Source of the DNA: Eledone cirrhosa
Taxonomy: Eukaryota
Assembly: GCA_964016885.1 (NCBI GenBank)
Contig: OZ024755.1
Span: 44,888,001 to 44,952,000 of the forward strand
Direction: 5' to 3'
Length of the DNA stretch: 64,000 nt
The notes beneath the pieces were generated by a model that was given only the letters and a program-made list of their open reading frames with translations, was not told the DNA's origin and did not search any database. The position numbers and the translations under genes are program-made. Numbering within the stretch: the stretch's first letter is position 1; each line of letters opens with the position of its first letter. This document shows, in pieces, positions 28,901-46,200 of this stretch.

Positions 28901-31900
28901 CCAACGTATACTGTGTACCACAGTTGACAGTACCAACATATACTGTGTACCACAGTTGACAGTACCAACATATACTGTGTACCACAGTTGACAGTACCAA
29001 CGTATACTGTGTACCACATTTGACAGTACCAACATATACTTTGTACCACAGTTGACAGTACCAACATATAGTGTGTACCACAGTTGGCAATAACAACATA
29101 TACTGTGTACCACAATTGACAGTACCAACATATACTGTGTACCACAGTTGAGAGTACCAACATATATTGTGTACCACGGTTGACAGTACCAACATATAAT
29201 GGGTGCCACTGTTGACAGTCCCAACATATACTGTGTACCACAGTTGACAATACCAACGTATACTGTGTACCACAGTTGACAGTACCAACATATACTGTGT
29301 ACCACAGTTGACAGTACCAACATATACTGTGTATCACAGTTGACAGTACTAACATATACTGTGTACCAGAGTTGACAGTACCAACATATACTGTGTACCA
29401 TAGTTGACAGTACCAACGTATAATGTGTACCAATGTTGACAGTACCAACGTATACTGTGGACCACAGTTAACAGGACCAACATATACTGTGTACCACAGT
29501 TGACAGTACCAACATATATTGGATACCACAGTTGACAGTACCAACATTTACTGTGTACCACTGTTGACAGTACCAACGTGTACTGTATACCACAGTTAAC
29601 AGTACCAACATATACTGTGTACCACAGTTGACAGTACCAACATATACTGTGTACCACAGTTGACAGTACCCACATATACTGGGTATCACAGTTGACAATA
29701 CCATCATATACTGTGTACCACAGTTGACACTACCAACATAAACTGTGTACCATAGTTGACAGTACCAAAGTATACTGTGTACCACAGTTGACAGTACCAA
29801 CATATACTGTGTACCATAGTTGACAGAACCAACGTATACTGTGTACCATAGTTGAGAGTACCAACATATACCGTGTACCACAGTTGACAGTACCAACATA
29901 TACTGTGTACCAGAGTTGACAGTACCAACATATACTGTGTACCACTGTTGACAGTACCAACATATACTGTGTACCACTGTTGACAGTACCAACGTATACT
30001 GTGTACCACAGTTAACAGTACCAACATATAATGTGTACCACAGTTGACAGTAACAACGTATACTGTGTACCAGAGTTGACAGTACCAACGTATAATGTGT
30101 ACTACAGTTGAATGTACCAACGTATACTGTGTACCACAGTTGACAGTACCAACATATACTGTGTACCACAGTTGACAGTACCAACATATACCGTGTACCA
30201 CATTTGACAGTACAAACATATACTGTGTACCACAGTTGACAGTACCAACATATACCGTAGTACCACATTTGAGAGTACCAACATATACTGTGTACCACAG
30301 TTGACAGTACCAACATATACTGTGTACCACTGTTGACAGTACCAACGTATATTGTGTACCACAGTTAACAGTACCAACATATAATGTGTACCACAGTTGA
30401 CAGTACCAACGTATACTGTGTATCACTGTTGACAGTACCAACATATAGTGTGTACCACAGATGACAGTACCAACGGATACTGTGTACCACATTTGACAGT
30501 ACCAACATATACTGTGTACCACAGCTGGCAGTACCAACATATACTGTATACCACAGTTGACAGTACCCACATATACTGGATACCACAGTTGACAATACCA
30601 TCATATACTGTGTACCACAGTTGACAATACCAACATAAACTGTGTACCACAGTTGGCAGTACCTACATATATTGTGTACCACAGATGAAAGTACCAACGT
30701 ATACTGTGTACCACAGTTGACAGTACCAACATATACTGTGTACCACAGTTGACAGTACCAACATATACTGTGTACCAGAGTTGACAGTACCAACGTATAC
30801 TGTGTACCACAGTTGACAGTACCAACATATACTGTGTACCACAGTTAACAGTACCAACATATACCGTGTACCACAGTTGACAGTAACAACATATACTGTG
30901 TACCACAGTTTAAAGTACCAACGTATACTGTGTACCACAGTTGACAGTATCAACATATACTGTGAACCACAGTTGACAGTACCAACATATACTGTGTACG
31001 ACAGTTGACAGTCCCAACGTATACTGTGTACCACAGTTGACAGTACCAACATATACTGTGTACCACAGTTGACAGTACCAACATATACTGTGTACCACAG
31101 TTGGAAGTACCAACATATACTGTGTACCACATTTGACAGTACCAACATATACAGTGTACCACAGTTGACAGTACCAACATATACTGTGTACCAGAGTTGA
31201 CAGTACTAACATATACTGTGTACCACATTTGACAGTACCAACATATTCTGTGTACCACAGTTGACAGTACCAACATATACTGTGTACCACAGTTGACAGT
31301 ACCAACATATACTGGGTACCACAGTTGAAAATACCATCATATACTGTGTACCACAGTTGACACTACCAGCATAAACTGTGTACCAGAGTTGACAGTACCA
31401 ACATATACTGTGTACCACAGTTGAAAGTACCAACGTATACTGTGTACCACAGTTGACAGTACCAACATATACTGTGTACCACAGTTGACAGTACCAACAT
31501 ATACTGTGTACCACAGTTGACAGTAGCAACGTATACTGTGTACCACATTTGACAGTACCAACATGCACTGTGTACCACAGTTGACAGTACCAACATATAG
31601 TGTGTACCACAGTTGGCAGTACCAACATATAATGGGTGCCACTGTTCACAGTACCAACATATACTGTGTACCACAGTCGACAATACCAACGTATACTGTG
31701 TACCACAGTTGACAGTACCAACATATACTGTGTACCACAGTTGACAGTACCAACGTATACTGTGTAACACAGTTGACAATACCATCATATATGGTGTACC
31801 ACAGTTGACAGTACCAACATATACTGTGTACCACAGTTGACAGTACCATCATATACTGTGTACCAGAGTTGACAGTACTAACATATACTGTGTACCAGAG

Positions 31901-34900
31901 TTGACAGTACCAACATATACTGTGTACCAGAGTTGACAGTACTAACATATACTGTGTACCAGAGTTGACAGTACCAACATATATTGGATACCACAGTTGA
32001 CAGTACCAACATATACTGTGTACCACTGTTGACAGTACCAACGTATACTGTATACCACAGTTAACAGTACCAACATATACTGTGTACCACAGTTGACAGT
32101 ACCAACGTATACAGTGTACCACTGATGACAGTACCAACATATACAGTATAACACAGTTGACAGTACCAACATATACTGTGTACCTCAGTTGACAGTATCA
32201 ACATATAATGTGTACCACATTTGACAGTAACAACATATACTGTGAACCACAGTTTAGAGTACCAACATATACTGTGTATCACAGTTGACAGTACCAACAT
32301 ATACCGTATACCACAGTTGAGAGTACCTACATATACTGTGTACCAAAGTTGACAGTACCAACATATACTGTGTACCACAGTTGACAGTACCAACATATAC
32401 TGTGTACCACAGTTGACAGTATCCACGTATATGTGTACCACATATTGACAGTACCAACATATACTGTGTACCACAGTTGAGAGTACCAACGTATAATGTG
32501 TACCACAGTTGACAGTACCAACGTAAACTGTGTACCACAGTTGACAGTACCAACATATACTGTGTACCACAGTTGACAGTACCAACGTATACTGTGTACC
32601 AAAGTTGACAGTATCAACGTATATGTGTACTACATATTGACAGTACCAACATATACTGTGTACCACAGTTGACAGTACCAACGTATACTGTGTACCACAG
32701 TTGACAGTACCAACGTATACTGTGTACCACAGTTGACAGTACCAACATATACTGTGTACCTCAGTTGACAGTACCAACATATACTGTGTACCTCAGTTGA
32801 CAGTATAAACATATACTGTGTACCGCAGTTGACAGTACCAACATACACTGTGTACCATAGTTGACAGTACTAACATATACTGTGTACCAAATTTGACAGT
32901 ACCAACATATACTGTGTACCTCAGTTGACAGTATCAACATATAATGTGTACCACATTTGACAGTAACAACATATACTGTGAACCACAGTTTAGAGTACCA
33001 ACATATACTGTGTATCACAGTTGACAGTACCAACATATACCGTATACCACAGTTGAGAGTACCTACATATATTGTGTACCAAAGTTGACAGTACCAACAT
33101 ATACTGTGTACCACACTTGACAGTACCAACGTATACTGTGTACCACAGTTGACAGTACCAACATATACTGTGTACCACAGTTGACAGTACTAACATATAC
33201 TGTGTACCATAGTTGACAGTACCAACGTATACAGTGTACCATAGTTGACAGTACCAACATATACTGTGTACCACAGTTGACAGTACCAACATATACTGTG
33301 TACCATAGTTGACAGTACCAACGTATACTGTGTACCACAGTTGACAGTACCAACATATACTGTGTACCAAAGTTGACAGTACCAACATATACTGTGTACC
33401 ACAGTTGACAGTACCAACATATACAGTGTACCACAGTTGACAGTACCAACGTATACTGTGTACCACAGTTGACAGTACCAACATATAATGTGTACCACCG
33501 TTGACAGTACCAACATATACTGTGTATCACAGTTGCCAGTACCAACATATACCTTGTTACCACAGTTGAGAGTACCAACATATACTGTGTACCACAGTTG
33601 ACAGTACCAACATATAATGTGTACCACTGTTGACAGTACCAACGTATACTGTGTACCACATTTAACAGTTCCAACATATACTGTGTACCACAGTTATCAG
33701 TACCAGCGTACACTGTGTACCACTGTTGACAGTACCAACATATACAGTGTACCACAGTTGACAGTACCAACATATACTGTGTACCACAGTTAACAGTACC
33801 AACATATACCGTGTACCACAGTTGACAGTAACAACATATACTGTGTACCACAGTTTAAAGTACCAGCGTATACTGTGTACCACAGTTGACAGTATCAACA
33901 TATACTGTGTACCACAGTTGACAGTACCAACATATACTGTGTACGACAGTTGACAGTCCCAACGTATACTGTGTACCACAGTTGACAGTACCAACATATA
34001 CTGTGTACCACAGTTGACAGTACCAACATATACTGTGTACCACAGTTGGCAGTACCAACATATACTGTGTACCACATTTGACAGTACCAACATATACAGT
34101 GTACCACAGTTGACAGTACCAACATATACTGTGTACCAGAGTTGACAGTACTAACATATACTGTGTACCACATTTGACAGTACCAACATATTCTGTGTAC
34201 CACAGTTGACAGTACCAACATATACTGTGTACCACAGTTGACAGTACCAACATATACTGGGTACCACAGTTGAAAATACCATCATATACTGTGTACCACA
34301 GTTGACACTACCAGCATAAACTGTGTACCAGAGTTGACAGTACCAACATATACTGTGTACCACAGTTGAAAGTACCAACGTATACTGTGTACCACAGTTG
34401 ACAGTACCAACATATACTGTGTACCACAGTTGACAGTACCAACATATACTGTGTACCACAGTTGACAGTAACAACGTATACTGTGTACCACATTTGACAG
34501 TACCAACATGCACTGTGTACCACAGTTGACAGTACCAACATATAGTGTGTACCACAGTTGGCAGTACCAACATATAATGGGTGCCACTGTTCACAGTACC
34601 AACATATACTGTGTACCACAGTCGACAATACCAACGTATACTGTGTACCACAGTTGACAGTACCAACATATACTGTGTACCACAGTTGACAGTACCAACG
34701 TATACTGTGTGACACAGTTGACAATACCATCATATATGGTGTACCACAGTTGACAGTACCAACATATACTGTGTACCACAGTTGACAGTACCATCATATA
34801 CTGTGTACCAGAGTTGACAGTACTAACATATACTGTGTACCAGAGTTGACAATACCAACATATACTGTGTACCAGAGTTGACAGTACTAACATATACTGT

Positions 34901-37900
34901 GTACCAGAGTTGACAGTACCAACATATATTGGATACCACAGTTGACAGTACCAACATATACTGTGTACCACTGTTGACAGTACCAACGTATACTGTATAC
35001 CAGAGTTAACAGTACCAACATATACTGTGTACCACAGTTGACAGTACCAACGTATACAGTGTACCACTGATGACAGTACCAACATATACAGTATAACACA
35101 GTTGACAGTACCAACATATACTGTGTACCACAGTTGACAGTACCAACATATACTGTGTACCATAGTTGACAGTACCAACGTATACTGTGTACCACAGTTG
35201 ACAGTACCAACATATACTGTGTACCATAGTTGACAGAACCAACGTATACTGTGTACCATAGTTGACAGTACCAACATATACCGTGTACCACAGTTGACAG
35301 TACCAACATATATAGTGTACCAGAGTTGATAGTACCAACATATACAGTGTACCACTGTTGACATTACCATCATATACTGTGTACCACAGTTGATAGTACC
35401 AACGTATACTGTGTACCACAGTTGACAGTACCAACTTATACTGTGTACCACAGTTGACAGTACTAATATATACTGTGTACCAAAGTTGAGAGTACCAACA
35501 TATACTGTGTACCACAGTTGACAGTACTAACATATACTGTTTATACAACAGTTGACAGTATCCACGTATGTGTACCACAGTTGACAGTATCAACGTATAT
35601 CTGTACCACATATTGACAGTACCAACATATACTGTGTACCACAGTTGACAGTACCAACGTATACTGTGTACCACAGTTGACAGTACCAACGTATACTGTG
35701 TACCACAGTTGACAGTACCAACATATACTGTGTACCACAGTTGACAGTACCAATGTATACTGTGTACCACAGTTGACATTACCAAGGTATACTGTGTACA
35801 AACAGTGGACAGTACCAATATATATGTGTACAACATATTGACAGTACCAACATATACTGTGTACCACAGTTGACAGTACCAACATATACTGTGTACCACA
35901 GTTGACAGTACCAACGTATACTGTGTACCACAGTTGACAGTACCAACGTATACTGTGTACCACAGTTGACAGTACCAACGTATACTGTGCACCACAGTTG
36001 ACAGTACCAACATATACTGTGTACCACAGTTGACAGTACCAACATATACTGTGTACCAGAGTTGACAGTACCAACATATATTATGTACCACAGTTGACAG
36101 TACCAACATATACTGGGTGCCACTGTTCACAGTGCCAACATATACTGTTTACCACAGTTGACAATACCAACGTATTCTGTGTACCACAGTTGACAATACC
36201 ATCATATAGGGTGTACCACAGTTGACAGTACCAACATATACTGTGTACCACATTTGACAGTACCATCATATACTGACTACCACAGTTGAGAGTACCAACG
36301 TATAATGTGTACCAGAGTTAACAGTACCAACATATACTGTGTACCACTGTTGACAGTACCAACATATACTGTGTACCATAGTTGTCAGTACCAACATATA
36401 CTGTGTACCACAGTTGACAGTAACAACATATACTGTGTACCATAGTTGACAGTACCAACGTATACTGTGTACCACAGTTGACAGTACCAAGATATACCGT
36501 GTACCACAGTTGACAGTACCAACATATACTGTGTACCAGATTTGACAGTACCAACATATACTGTGTACCACTGTTGACAGTACCAACATATACAGTGTAC
36601 CAGATTTGACAGTACTAATATATAATGTGTACCACAGTTGACAGTCCCAACGTATACTGTGTACCACAGTTGACAGTACCAACGTATACTGTGTACCACA
36701 GTTGACAGTACCAACATATACTGTGTACCACAGTTGGCAGTACCAACATATACTGTGTACCACATTTGACAGTACCAACATATACAGTGTACCACAGTTG
36801 ACAGTACCAACATATATTGTGTACCACAGTTGACAGTACTAACGTATACTGTGTACCACAGTTGACAATACCAACATATACTGTGTACCACAGTTGACAG
36901 TACCATCATCTACTGTGTACCACAGTTGACAGTACCAACATATACTGTGTACCACAGTTGACAGTACCAACGTATACTGTGTACCACAGTTGACAGTACC
37001 AACATATACTGTGTACCACAGTTGACAGTACCAACATATACTGTGTACCACAGTTGGCAGTACCAACATATACTGTGTACCAGATTTGACAGTACCAACA
37101 TATACAGTGTACCACAGTTGACAATACCAAAATATACTGTGTACCACAGTTGACAGTACCAACATATACTGTGTACCATAGTTGACAGTACCAACGTATA
37201 CTGCGTACCACAGTTGACAGTAGCAACGTATACTGTGTACCACATTTGACAGTACCAACATGCACTGTGTACCACAGTTGACAGTACCAAGATATAGTGT
37301 GTACCACAGTTGGCAGTACCAACATATAATGGGTGCCTCTGTTCACAGTACCAACATATACTGTGTACCACAGTCGACAATACCAACGTATACTGTGTAC
37401 CACAGTTGACAGTACCAACATATACTGTGTACCACAGTTGACAGTACCAACGTATACTGTGTAACACAGATGACAATACCATCATATAGGGTGTACCACA
37501 GTTGACAGTACCAACATATACTGTGTACCACAGTTGACAGTACCATCATATACTGTGTACCAGATTGACAGTACTAACATATACTGTGTACCAGAGTTGA
37601 CAGTACCAACATATACTGTGTACCAGAGTTGACAGTACTAACATATACTGTGTACCAGAGTTGACAGTACCAACATATATTGGATACCACAGTTGACAGT
37701 ACCAACATATACTGTGTACCACTGTTGACAGTACCAACGTATACTGTATACCACATTTAACAGTACCAACATATACTGTGTATCACAGTTGATAGTACCA
37801 ACGTATACAGTATACCACTGATGACAGAACCAACATATACAGTATAACACAGTTGACAGTACCAACATATACTGTGTACCACAGTTGACAGTACCAACAT

Positions 37901-40254
37901 ATACTGTGTACCATAGTTGACAGTACCAACGTATACTGTGTACCACAGTTGACAGTACCAACATATACTGTGTACCTTAGTTGACAGAACCAACGTATAC
38001 TGTGTACCATAGTTGACAGTACCAACATATACCGTGTACCACAGTTGACAGTACCAACATATATAGTGTACCAGAGTTGATAGTACCAACATATACAGTG
38101 TACCACTGTTGACATTACCATCATATACTGTGTACCACAGTTGATAGTACCAACGTATACTGTGTACCACAGTTGACAGTACCAACTTATACTGTGTACC
38201 ACAGTTGACAGTACTAATATATACTGTGTACCAAAGTTGAGAGTACCAACATATACTGTGTACCACAGTTGACAGTACTAACATATACTGTGTACAACAG
38301 TTGACAGTATCCACGTATGTGTACCACAGTTGACAGTATCAACGTATATCTGTACCACATATTGACAGTACCAACATATACTGTGTACCACAGTTGACAG
38401 TACCAACGTATACTGTGTACCACAGTTGACAGTACCAACGTATACTGTGTACCACAGTTGACAGTACCAACATATACTGTGTACCACAGTTGACAGTACC
38501 AATGTATACTGTGTACCACAGTTGACATTACCAAGGTATACTGTGTACAAACAGTGGACAGTACCAATATATATGTGTACAACATATTGACAGTACCAAC
38601 ATATACTGTGTACCACAGTTGACAGTACCAACATATACTGTGTACCACAGTTGACAGTACCAACATATACTGTGTACCACAGTTGACAGTACCAACGTAT
38701 ACTGTGTACCACAGTTGACAGTACCAACATATACTGTGTACCACAGTTGACAGTACCAACATATACTGTGTACCACAGTTGGCAGTACCAACATATACTG
38801 TGTACCACAGTTGAGAGTACCAACATATACTGTATACCACAGTTGACAGTACCAACATATATTATGTACCACAGTTGACAGTACCAACATATACTGGGTG
38901 CCACTGTTCACAGTACCAACATATACTGTGTACCACAGTTGACAATACCAACGTATTCTGTGTACCACAGTTGACAATACCATCATATAGGGTGTACCAC
39001 AGTTGACAGTACCAACATATACTGTGTACCACATTTGACAGTACCATCATATACTGACTACCACAGTTGAGAGTAACAACGTATAATGTGTACCAGAGTT
39101 AACAGTACCAACATATACTGTGTACCACTGTTGACAGTACCAACATATACTGTGTACCAGAGTTGACAGTACCAACATATTCTGTGTACCACAGTTGACA
39201 GTACCAACATATACTGTGTATCACAGTTGACAGTACTGACATATACTGTGTACCAGAGTTGACAGTACTGACATATACTGTGTACCAGAGTTGACAGTAC
39301 CAACATATACTGTGTACCACAGTTGACAGTACCAACGTATACTGTGTACCAATGTTGACAGTACCAACGTATACTGTGGACCACAGTTAACAGTACCAAC
39401 ATATACTGTGTACCACAGTTGACAGTACCAACGTATACTGTGTACCACTGTTGACAGTACCAACATATACAGTGTACCACAGTTGACAGTACCAACATAT
39501 ACTGTGTACCACAGTTGACAGTACCAACATATACTGTGTACCATAGTTGTCAGTACCAACATATACTGTGTACCACAGTTGACAGTAACAACATATACGG
39601 TGTACCATAGTTGACAGTACCAACGTATACTGTGTACCACAGTTGACAGTACCAACATATACCGTGTACCACAGTTGACAGTACCAACATATACTGTGTA
39701 CCAGATTTGACAGTACCAACATATACTGTGTACCACTGTTGACAGTACCAACATATACAGTGTACCAGAGTTGACAGTACTAATATATAATGTGTACCAC
39801 AGTTGACAGTACAAACATATACTGTGTACCACAGTTGACAGTACTAACATATACTGTGTACCACAGTTGACAGTATCCACGTATATGTGTACCACATATT
39901 GACAGTACCAACATATACTGTGTACCACAGTTGAGAGTACCAACGTATACTGTGTACCACAGTTGACAGTACCAACGTATACTGTGTACGACAGTTGACA
40001 GTACCAACATATACTGTGTACCACAGTTGACAGTACCAACGTATACTGTGTACCAAAATTTGACAGTATCAACGTATATGTGTACTACATATTGACAGTA
40101 CCAACATATACTGTGTACCACAGTTGACAGTACCAACGTATACTGTGTACCACAGTTGACAGTACCAACGTATACTGTGTACCACAGTTGACAGTACCAA
40201 CATATAATGTGTACCAAAGTTGACAGTATCAACGTATATGTGTACTACATATTG

Positions 40255-43200
40255 ACAGTACCAACATATACTGTGTACCACAGTTGACAATACCAACGTA
40301 TTCTGTGTACCACAGTTGACAATACCATCATATAGGGTGTACCACAGTTGACAGTACCAACATATACTGTGTACCACATTTGACAGTACCATCATATACT
40401 GACTACCACAGTTGAGAGTACCAACGTATAATGCGTACCAGAGTTAACAGTACCAACATATACTGTGTACCACTGTTGACAGTACCAACATATACTGTGT
40501 ACCAGAGTTGACAGTACCAACATATTCTGTGTACCACAGTTGACAGTACCAACATATACTGTGTATCACAGTTGACAGTACTGACATATACTGTGTACCA
40601 GAGTTGACAGTACTGACATATACTGTGTACCAGAGTTGACAGTACCAACATATACTGTGTACCACAGTTGACAGTACCAACGTATACTGTGTACCAATGT
40701 TGACAGTACCAACGTATACTGTGGACCACAGTTAACAGTACCAACATATACTGTGTACCACAGTTGACAGTACCAACGTATACTGTGTACTACTGTTGAC
40801 AGTACCAACATATACAGTGTACCACAGTTGACAGTACCAACATATACTGTGTACCACAGTTGACAGTACCAACATATACTGTGTACCATAGTTGTCAGTA
40901 CCAACATATACTGTGTACCACAGTTGACAGTAACAACATATACTGTGTACCATAGTTGACAGTACCAACGTATACTGTGTACCACAGTTGACAGTACCAA
41001 CATATACCGTGTACCACAGTTGACAGTACCAACATATACTGTGTACCAGATTTGACAGTACCAACATATACTGTGTACCACTGTTGACAGTACCAACATA
41101 TACAGTGTACCAGAGTTGACAGTACTAATATATAATGTGTACCACAGTTGACAGTACAAACATATACTGTGTACCACAGTTGACAGTACTAACATATACT
41201 GTGTACCACAGTTGACAGTATCCACGTATATGTGTACCACATATTGACAGTACCAACATATACTGTGTACCACAGTTGAGAGTACCAACGTATACTGTGT
41301 ACCACAGTTGACAGTACCAACGTATACTGTGTACGACAGTTGACAGTACCAACATATACTGTGTACCACAGTTGACAGTACCAACGTATACTGTGTACCA
41401 AAGTTGACAGTATCAACGTATATGTGTACTACATATTGACAGTACCAACATATACTGTGTACCACAGTTGACAGTACCAACGTATACTGTGTACCACAGT
41501 TGACAGTACCAACGTATACTGTGTACCACAGTTGACAGTACCAACATATACTGTGTACCTCAGTTGACAGTACCAACATATACTGTGTACCTCAGTTGAC
41601 AGTACTAACAGATACTGTGTACCAAATTTGACAGTACCAACATATACTGTGTACCTCAGTTGACAGTATCAACATATAATGTGTACCACATTTGACAGTA
41701 ACAACATATACTGTGAACCACAGTTTAGAGTACCAACATATACTGTGTATCACAGTTGACAGTACCAACATATACCGTATACCACAGTTGAGAGTACCTA
41801 CATATACTGTGTACCAAAGTTGACAGTACCAACATATACTGTGTACCACAGTTGACAGTACCAACGTATACTGTGTACCACAGTTGACAGTACCAACATA
41901 TACTGTGTACCACAGTTGACAGTACTAACATATACTGTGTACCATAGTTGACAGTACCAACGTATACTGTGTACCATAGTTGACAGTACCAACATATACT
42001 GTGTACCACAGTTGACAGTACCAACATATACTGTGTACCATAGTTGACAGTACCAACGTATACTGTGTACCACAGTTGACAGTACCAACATATACTGTGT
42101 ACCACAGTTGACAGTACCAACATATACAGTGTACCACAGTTGACAGTACCAACGTATACTGTGTACCACAGTTGACAGTACCAACATATAATGTGTACCA
42201 CCGTTGACAGTACCAACATATACTGTGTATCACAGTTGCCAGTACCAACATATACCTTGTTACCACAGTTGAGAGTACCAACATATACTGTGTACCACAG
42301 TTGACAGTACCAACATATAATGTGTACCACTGTTGACAGTACCAACGTATACTGTGTACCACATTTAACAGTTCCAACATATACTGTGTACCACAGTTAT
42401 CAGTACCAACGTACACTGTGTACCACTGTTGACAGTACCAACATATACAGTGTACCACAGTTGACAGTACCAACATATACTGTGTACCACAGTTAACAGT
42501 ACCAACATATACCGTGTACCACAGTTGACAGTACCAACATATACTGTGTACCACAGTTTAAAGTACCAACGTATACTGTGTACCATAGTTGACAGTATCA
42601 ACATATACTGTGTACCACAGTTGACAGTACCAACATATACTGTGTACGACAGTTGACAGTCCCAACGTATACTGTGTACCACAGTTGACAGTACCAACAT
42701 ATACTGTGTACCACAGTTGACAGTACCAACATATACTGTGTACCACAGTTGGCAGTACCAACATATTCTGTGTACCACATTTGACAGTACCAACATATAC
42801 AGTGTACCACAGTTGACAGTACCAACATATATTGTGTACCACAGTTGACAGTACTAACGTATACTGTGTACCACAGTTGACAATACCAACATATACTGTG
42901 TACCACAGTTGACAGTACCATCATATACTGTGTACCACAGTTGACAGTACCAACATATACTGTGTACCACAGTTGACAGTACCAACGTATACTGTGTACC
43001 ACAGTTGACAGTACCAACATATACTGTGTATCACAGTTGACAGTACCAACATATACTGTGTACCACAGTTGGCAGTACCAACATATACTGTGTACCAGAT
43101 TTGACAGTACCAACATATACAGTGTACCACAGTTGACAATACCAACATATACTGTGTACCACAGTTGACAGTACCAACATATACTGTGTAACATAGTTGA

Positions 43201-46200
43201 CAGTACCAACGTATACTGCGTACCACAGTTGACAGTACCAACATATACTGTGTACCACAGTTGACAGTACCAACATATACTGTGTACCATAGTTGACAGT
43301 ATCAACGTATATGTGTACCACTGTTGTCAGTACTAACATATGCCGTGTACCACAGTTGACAGTACCAACATATACTGTGTACCACAGTTGACAGTACCGA
43401 CATATCCTGTGTACCTCAGTTGACAGTACCAACATATACTGTGTACCACATTTCATGGTACCAACATATACTGTGTACCACAGTTGACAGTACCAACGTA
43501 TACTGTGTACCACAGTTGACAGTACCAACATATACTGTGTCCCACAGTTGACAGTACCAACATATAGTGTGTACCACAGTTGACAGTACTAACATATACT
43601 GTGTACCACAGTTGACAGTACCAATATATTCTGTGTACCACAGTTGACAGTACCATCATATACTGTGTACCACAGTTGACAGTACTAACAGATACTGTGT
43701 ACCAGAGTTGACAGTACCAACACATACTGTGTAGCACAGTTGACAGTACCCACATATACTGGGTACCACAGTTGACAGTACCCACGTATACTGTGTACCA
43801 CAGTTGACAGTACCAACATATAATATGTACCACAGTTGAAAGTACCAACGTATACTGTGTACCACTGTTGACAGAACCAACATATACTGTGTACCACAGT
43901 TGACAGAACCAACATATACTGTGTACCACAGTTGATAGTACCAACATATAACGTGTACCACAGTTGAGAGTACCAACATATAATGTGTACCACAGTTGAC
44001 AGTACCAACATATATTGTGTACCACTGTTGACAGTACCAAAGTATACTGTGTACCACATTTAACAGTACCAACATATAATGTGTACCACAGTTGACAGTA
44101 CCAACGTATACTGTGTACCACTGTTGACAGTACCAACGTATATTGTGTACCACAGTTGACGGTACCAACGTATACTGTGTACCACATTTGACAGTACCAA
44201 CATATACCGTGTACCACAGTTGATAGTACCAATACATACTGTGTACCATAGTTGAGAGTACCAACATATACTGTGTACCATAGTTGACAGTACCAACGTA
44301 TACTCTGTACCACATTTGAGAGTACCAACATATACCGTGTACCACAGTTGAGCGTACCAATATATACTGTGTTCCACAGTTGACAGTACCAACATATACT
44401 GTGTACCCCAGTTGAAAGTACCAACGTATACTGTGTACCACAGTTGACAGTACCAACATATACTGTGTACCACAGTTGACAGTACCAACATATACTGTGT
44501 ACCACAGTTGACAGTACCAACGTATACTGTGTACCACATTTGACAGTACCAACATATACTTTGTACCACAGTTGACAGTACCAACATATAGTGTGTACCA
44601 CAGTTGGCAATACCAACATATACTGTGTACCACAATTGACAGTACCAACATATACTGTGTACCACAGTTGAGAGTACCAACATATATTGTGTACCACGGT
44701 TGACAGTACCAACATATAATGGGTGCCACTGTTGACAGTCCCAACATATACTGTGTACCACAGTTGACAATACCAACGTATACCGTGTACCACAGTTGAC
44801 AGTACCAACATATACTGTGTACCACAGTTGACAGTACCAACATATACTGTGTATCACAGTTGACAGTACTAACATATACTGTGTACCAGAGTTGACAGTA
44901 CCAACATATACTGTGTACCATAGTTGACAGTACCAACGTATAATGTGTACCAATGTTGACAGTACCAACGTATACTGTGGACCACAGTTAACAGTACCAA
45001 CATATACTGTGTACCACAGTTGACAGTACCAACATATATTGGATACCACAGTTGACAGTACCAACATTTACTGTGTACCACTGTTGACAGTACCAACGTG
45101 TACTGTATACCACAGTTAACAGTACCAACATATACTGTGTACCACAGTTGACAGTACCAACATATACTGTGTACCACAGTTGACAGTACCCACATATACT
45201 GGGTATCACATTTGACAATACCATCATATACTGTGTACCACAGTTGACACTACCAACATAAACTGTGTACCATAGTTGACAGTACCAAAGTATACTGTGT
45301 ACCACAGTTGACAGTACCAACATATACTGTGTACCATAGTTGACAGAACCAACGTATACTGTGTACCATAGTTGAGAGTACCAACATATACCGTGTACCA
45401 CAGTTGACAGTACCAACATATACTGTGTACCAGAGTTGACAGTACCAACATATACTGTGTACCACTGTTGACAGTACCAACATATACTGTGTACCACTGT
45501 TGACAGTACCAACGTATACTGTGTACCACAGTTAACAGTACCAACATATAATGTGTACCACAGTTGACAGTAACAACGTATACTGTGTACCACAGTTGAC
45601 AGTACCAACGTATAATGTGTACTACAGTTGAATGTACCAACGTATACTGTGTACCACAGTTGACAGTACCAACATATACTGTGTACCACAGTTGACAATA
45701 CCAACGTATTCTGTGTACCACAGTTGACAATACCATCATATAGGGTGTACCACAGTTGACAGTACCAACATATACTGTGTACCACATTTGACAGTACCAT
45801 CATATACTGACTACCACAGTTGAGAGTACCAACGTATAATGCGTACCAGAGTTAACAGTACCAACATATACTGTGTACCACTGTTGACAGTACCAACATA
45901 TACTGTGTACCAGAGTTGACAGTACCAACATATTCTGTGTACCACAGTTGACAGTACCAACATATACTGTGTATCACAGTTGACAGTACTGACATATACT
46001 GTGTACCAGAGTTGACAGTACTGACATATACTGTGTACCAGAGTTGACAGTACCAACATATACTGTGTACCACAGTTGACAGTACCAACGTATACTGTGT
46101 ACCAATGTTGACAGTACCAACGTATACTGTGGACCACAGTTAACAGTACCAACATATACTGTGTACCACAGTTGACAGTACCAACGTATACTGTGTACTA

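Larger units (their letters stand above)
11320..30830. repeat. Super-unit copy 1 (about 19.5 kb: a core of about 15.0 kb plus the internal 4477-bp duplication)
   Basis: Collinear with copy 2. ORF offsets are 19484 (11426/30910, 12577/32061, 13277/32761), 19997-20029 (13898/33895, 14122/34151), 15552-15586 (19039/34591, 22205/37757, 26006/41592, 28133/43685), 15520 (29349/44869) and 20928 (30102/51030). Confidence 0.85.
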
